A DNA stretch of 64,000 nucleotides from Hemiscyllium ocellatum (lineage: Eukaryota): contig NC_083409.1 of the NCBI RefSeq assembly GCF_020745735.1, positions 15,099,873 to 15,163,872 on the forward strand, in the 5' to 3' direction. Each line of letters starts with the position of its first letter. The first letter of the stretch is position 1. The translations under genes were made by a program, and so were the position numbers. The notes below the pieces were generated by a model that was not told the DNA's origin, did no database searches, and saw only the letters and a list, made by a program, of their open reading frames with translations. Of this stretch, positions 61,100 through 64,000 are shown one piece after another.

Positions 61100-64000
61100 C
61101 TAGGGAAAGTATGTGAACACATTGGAGAGAGTCCAGAAGTGATTTACATGAATATTCCAGGGATGAGGTACTTCAATTGGGAAGAAAGATGGAAGATGTT
61201 GAGACTGTTTTCCTTGGAGAGTTGAAGGCTGAGAGGAGATTTGATTGAAGCTTTCAAAATCATGGAGGGTCTGGACAGAGTGACTAGGGAGAAAGTGTTA
61301 CAGTTCCTAAAAGGATAAAGCATGAGCGGGCACAGACTCAAGGTTATTCACAAAGAAACAAAATTAACACAAGAAGAAAATCTTCTCACACAGCAAGCAA
61401 TTAGCATCTGTAATGCACAGCCTGGAGCTGTGGTGGAAACAGGTTCACGTGGAGTACTGGACGGTTGGTTAAACAGAAACAATGTCTGGGGTCATTGGGA
61501 AGAGGCAGGAAATTGGCAGAGTCATAACACTCATTCAGAGAGCTAGTACATGCTCGATGGACCAAAGGACATCTCCTACACCGTCACAACTTCATGATTC
61601 TGTTGTTAATTTCACTTTTAACCCTTTAGTGCTATCCAATGTTATTTCCAATTATGTCACAGAATACAGGGTGGTCAGGACCAAAGTATGAAAATTGACA
61701 ATAGTGACATTGCCAATGAAAAGTAAGAAAGGTGAGCACAGTGACTAAGGAATTACACTGGATCATTATCTACTGAGGAGGAAGATGCCAGCTGGCTGTT
61801 CCATGGATATTAATGTTGGCTCAGTGATGGGCACTCTTCAAAATTAACAACAGCAACGTAGTATATAATGTTACTAAATGATGACAAACCCTCAGGATTA
61901 GGTGGTTTCTATCATCAAATTTTGAAGGAAGCTGGTCAGAACATTTCTGATGCTCTGACTTTATAATCTTCAAAAGTTCTCTCCATTTTTTAGCATTCAT
62001 TTAAATGGGAAAATTGTTCATGTCATTCCACTGTTTAAGAAAAGTGAGAGATTACAACGAAGGAATTATAGACCTGTTAGCACAACATCTGTTGCTAGAG
62101 AATTACTACAGTGGTTAAGTAAGGTTAAGGCGACTGTAAACCTTGAAAATGTTCAGCTAATCAGAGACAGGCAGTACAGATTTGTCAATTATAGGTCATG
62201 CCTGATGGAACTTGCCTGATTCTTTTTGAAGGGATTACTAAAGTAGTGGAGGAGGGAATTGAGCTTAAACATCTCAGTCCAAGGACATCACTGCAGGAGT
62301 TCCTCAGGGTAGTGAGTCAGGATCAACCACCAAGAAACTTTTCTGATTCGGTATGTGGATGTACCAAATAGAGAGGGTGATCTACGCTTGGGAAATAAGG
62401 CAGGACAAGTGACTGAGGTGTCAGTGGGGGAGCACTTTGGGGCCAGCAATCATAATTCCATTAGTGTTAAAATAATGATGGAAAAGGATAGACCAGATCT
62501 AAAAGTTGAAGTTTTAAATTGAAGGAAGGCTAACTTTGACAGTATTAGGCTAGAAAGGTAAAGGACAGTTGGGAAAGGGAAGCCAGAGACAGTGCATTCC
62601 TGTTCGGGTGAAAGGTAAGGCTGAAAGGTGTAGGGAATGTTGGATAACTCAAGAAATTGAGGCTTTGGTTAAGAAAAAGTAGGAAGCTGGTATAGACAGC
62701 AGAGATCGAGAGAATCCTTTCAAAAGTATAAGGCAATAGGAGTATATTTAAGAGGGAAATCAGGAGTGCGAAAAGGGGACATGAGATAGCTCTGTCAAAT
62801 AGGATTGAGAAGAATCCAAAGAGTTTCTTTTATAAATACATTAAGGACAAAAGGATGAGAACTGGGGAGAGAATAGGGCCCCTCAAAGATCAGCAAGGCA
62901 GCCTATGTGTAGAACCACAGGAGATGGGGGAGATAGTAAATGAGTACTTTGCATCAGTGTACTGTGGAGAAGGAAATGGAAGAATGTGGGGAAACAGATG
63001 GTGACATCTTGGAAAATGTTCATATTTCAGAGGAGGAAGTGCTGAAAGTCTCGAAATACATAAATGTGGATAAATCCTAAGGTCCTGATTAGGTGTACCC
63101 TAGAATTCTGTGGGAGGCTAGGCAAGTGATTGCTGGGCCCTTTGCTAAGATATTTGAATGATCGATAGTCACAGGTGAGGTACCAGAAGCCTGGAGGTTG
63201 GCTAATGTGATGCCCCTGTTTAAGAAAAGGGGTAAGGAAAAGCCATGGAACTATAGACTAGAGAGCCCAATGTCGGTGGTGGGCAAGTTATTGGAGGGAA
63301 TCCAGAGGGACAGGATTTACAAGCATTTGGAAAGGCAAGGACTGATTAGGGATAGTCTGTATGGTTTTGTCCATGGAAATCATGCCTCACGAACTTGATT
63401 GGGGTTTTTGAAGAAGTCACAAAGAAAATTGATGAGGACAAAACAGTGCAAGTGATCCAAATGGACTTCAGTAAGGTGTTCGACAAGGTTCCTCATGGGA
63501 GATTGGTTAGCAAGGTTAGATCTCACAGAATACAGGGAGAACTGGATATTTGGATATAGAACTGGCTCAAAGGTAGAAGACAGACACTGGTGGTGGAGGG
63601 TTGTTTTTCAGACTGGAGGCCTGTGACCAGTAGAGTGCCACAAGGATCGGTGCTGGGTCCACTACTTTTCATAATTTATATAAATGATTTGGATGTGAAC
63701 GTAAGAGATATAGTTAATAAGTTTGCAGATGACACCAAAATTGGAAGCATGGTGGACAGCGAAGAAGGTTACAACAGAGTACAATGGGATCTTGATCAGA
63801 TAGCCAATGGGCTGAGGAGTTGCAGATGGAGTTTAATTTAGATAAATGTGTGGTGCTGCATTTTGGAAAAGCAAATCAGAGCAAGACTTGTACACTTAAC
63901 GGTAAGGTCCTACAGAGAGCTGCTGAATAAAGAGGCCTTGGAGTGCAGGTTCATAGTTTCTTGAAAGTAGAGTTGCAGGTAGATAGGATAGTGAAGGAGG
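61100..64000 (+). mobile_element. Further CR1-like fragments; the last runs off the window end
   Basis: LRGDLIEAFK (61230), NYRPVS (62065), [28 protein letters not shown] (63640-63750). Confidence 0.85.

Noticed and set aside
235-64000. Most remaining short ORFs in the track as host genes
   Set aside because: They are fragments or antisense readings of LINE/Penelope repeats or microsatellites.

Overview
Vertebrate genomic DNA, almost certainly from a shark. This rests on the shark-type Ig light-chain sequences and the V-SINE/HE1-like, DeuSINE, CR1 and Penelope repeats; the species cannot be determined. The window covers an immunoglobulin kappa (shark type III/NS4-like) cluster region. It holds a V pseudogene on + (leader 12946-12994, V exon from 13181, premature TGA, no RSS), a C pseudogene on + (32722-33050) and an intact C exon on - (47509-47181), with the two C exons tail-to-tail. 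I found no J segment. Most other DNA is decayed CR1/L2 LINEs, SINEs and Penelope-like elements, several with minimal hammerhead ribozyme cores. The standout feature is a young 9.2-kb retrovirus-type LTR element on - (20307-29541) between the V and the pseudo-C. It has ~99% identical 789/788-bp LTRs, a 4-bp TSD (CATT), a PBS-like site, a PPT and a full LTR promoter, but no recognisable gag, pol or env ORF. Its interior instead carries a 12-copy hairpin-forming leader array, a 39-bp E2F+GC-box repeat, a 4-copy 23-bp motif, strong splice sites and short or near-open unknown ORFs. All alignments and counts were done by eye, repeat boundaries are approximate, and no database searches were run.
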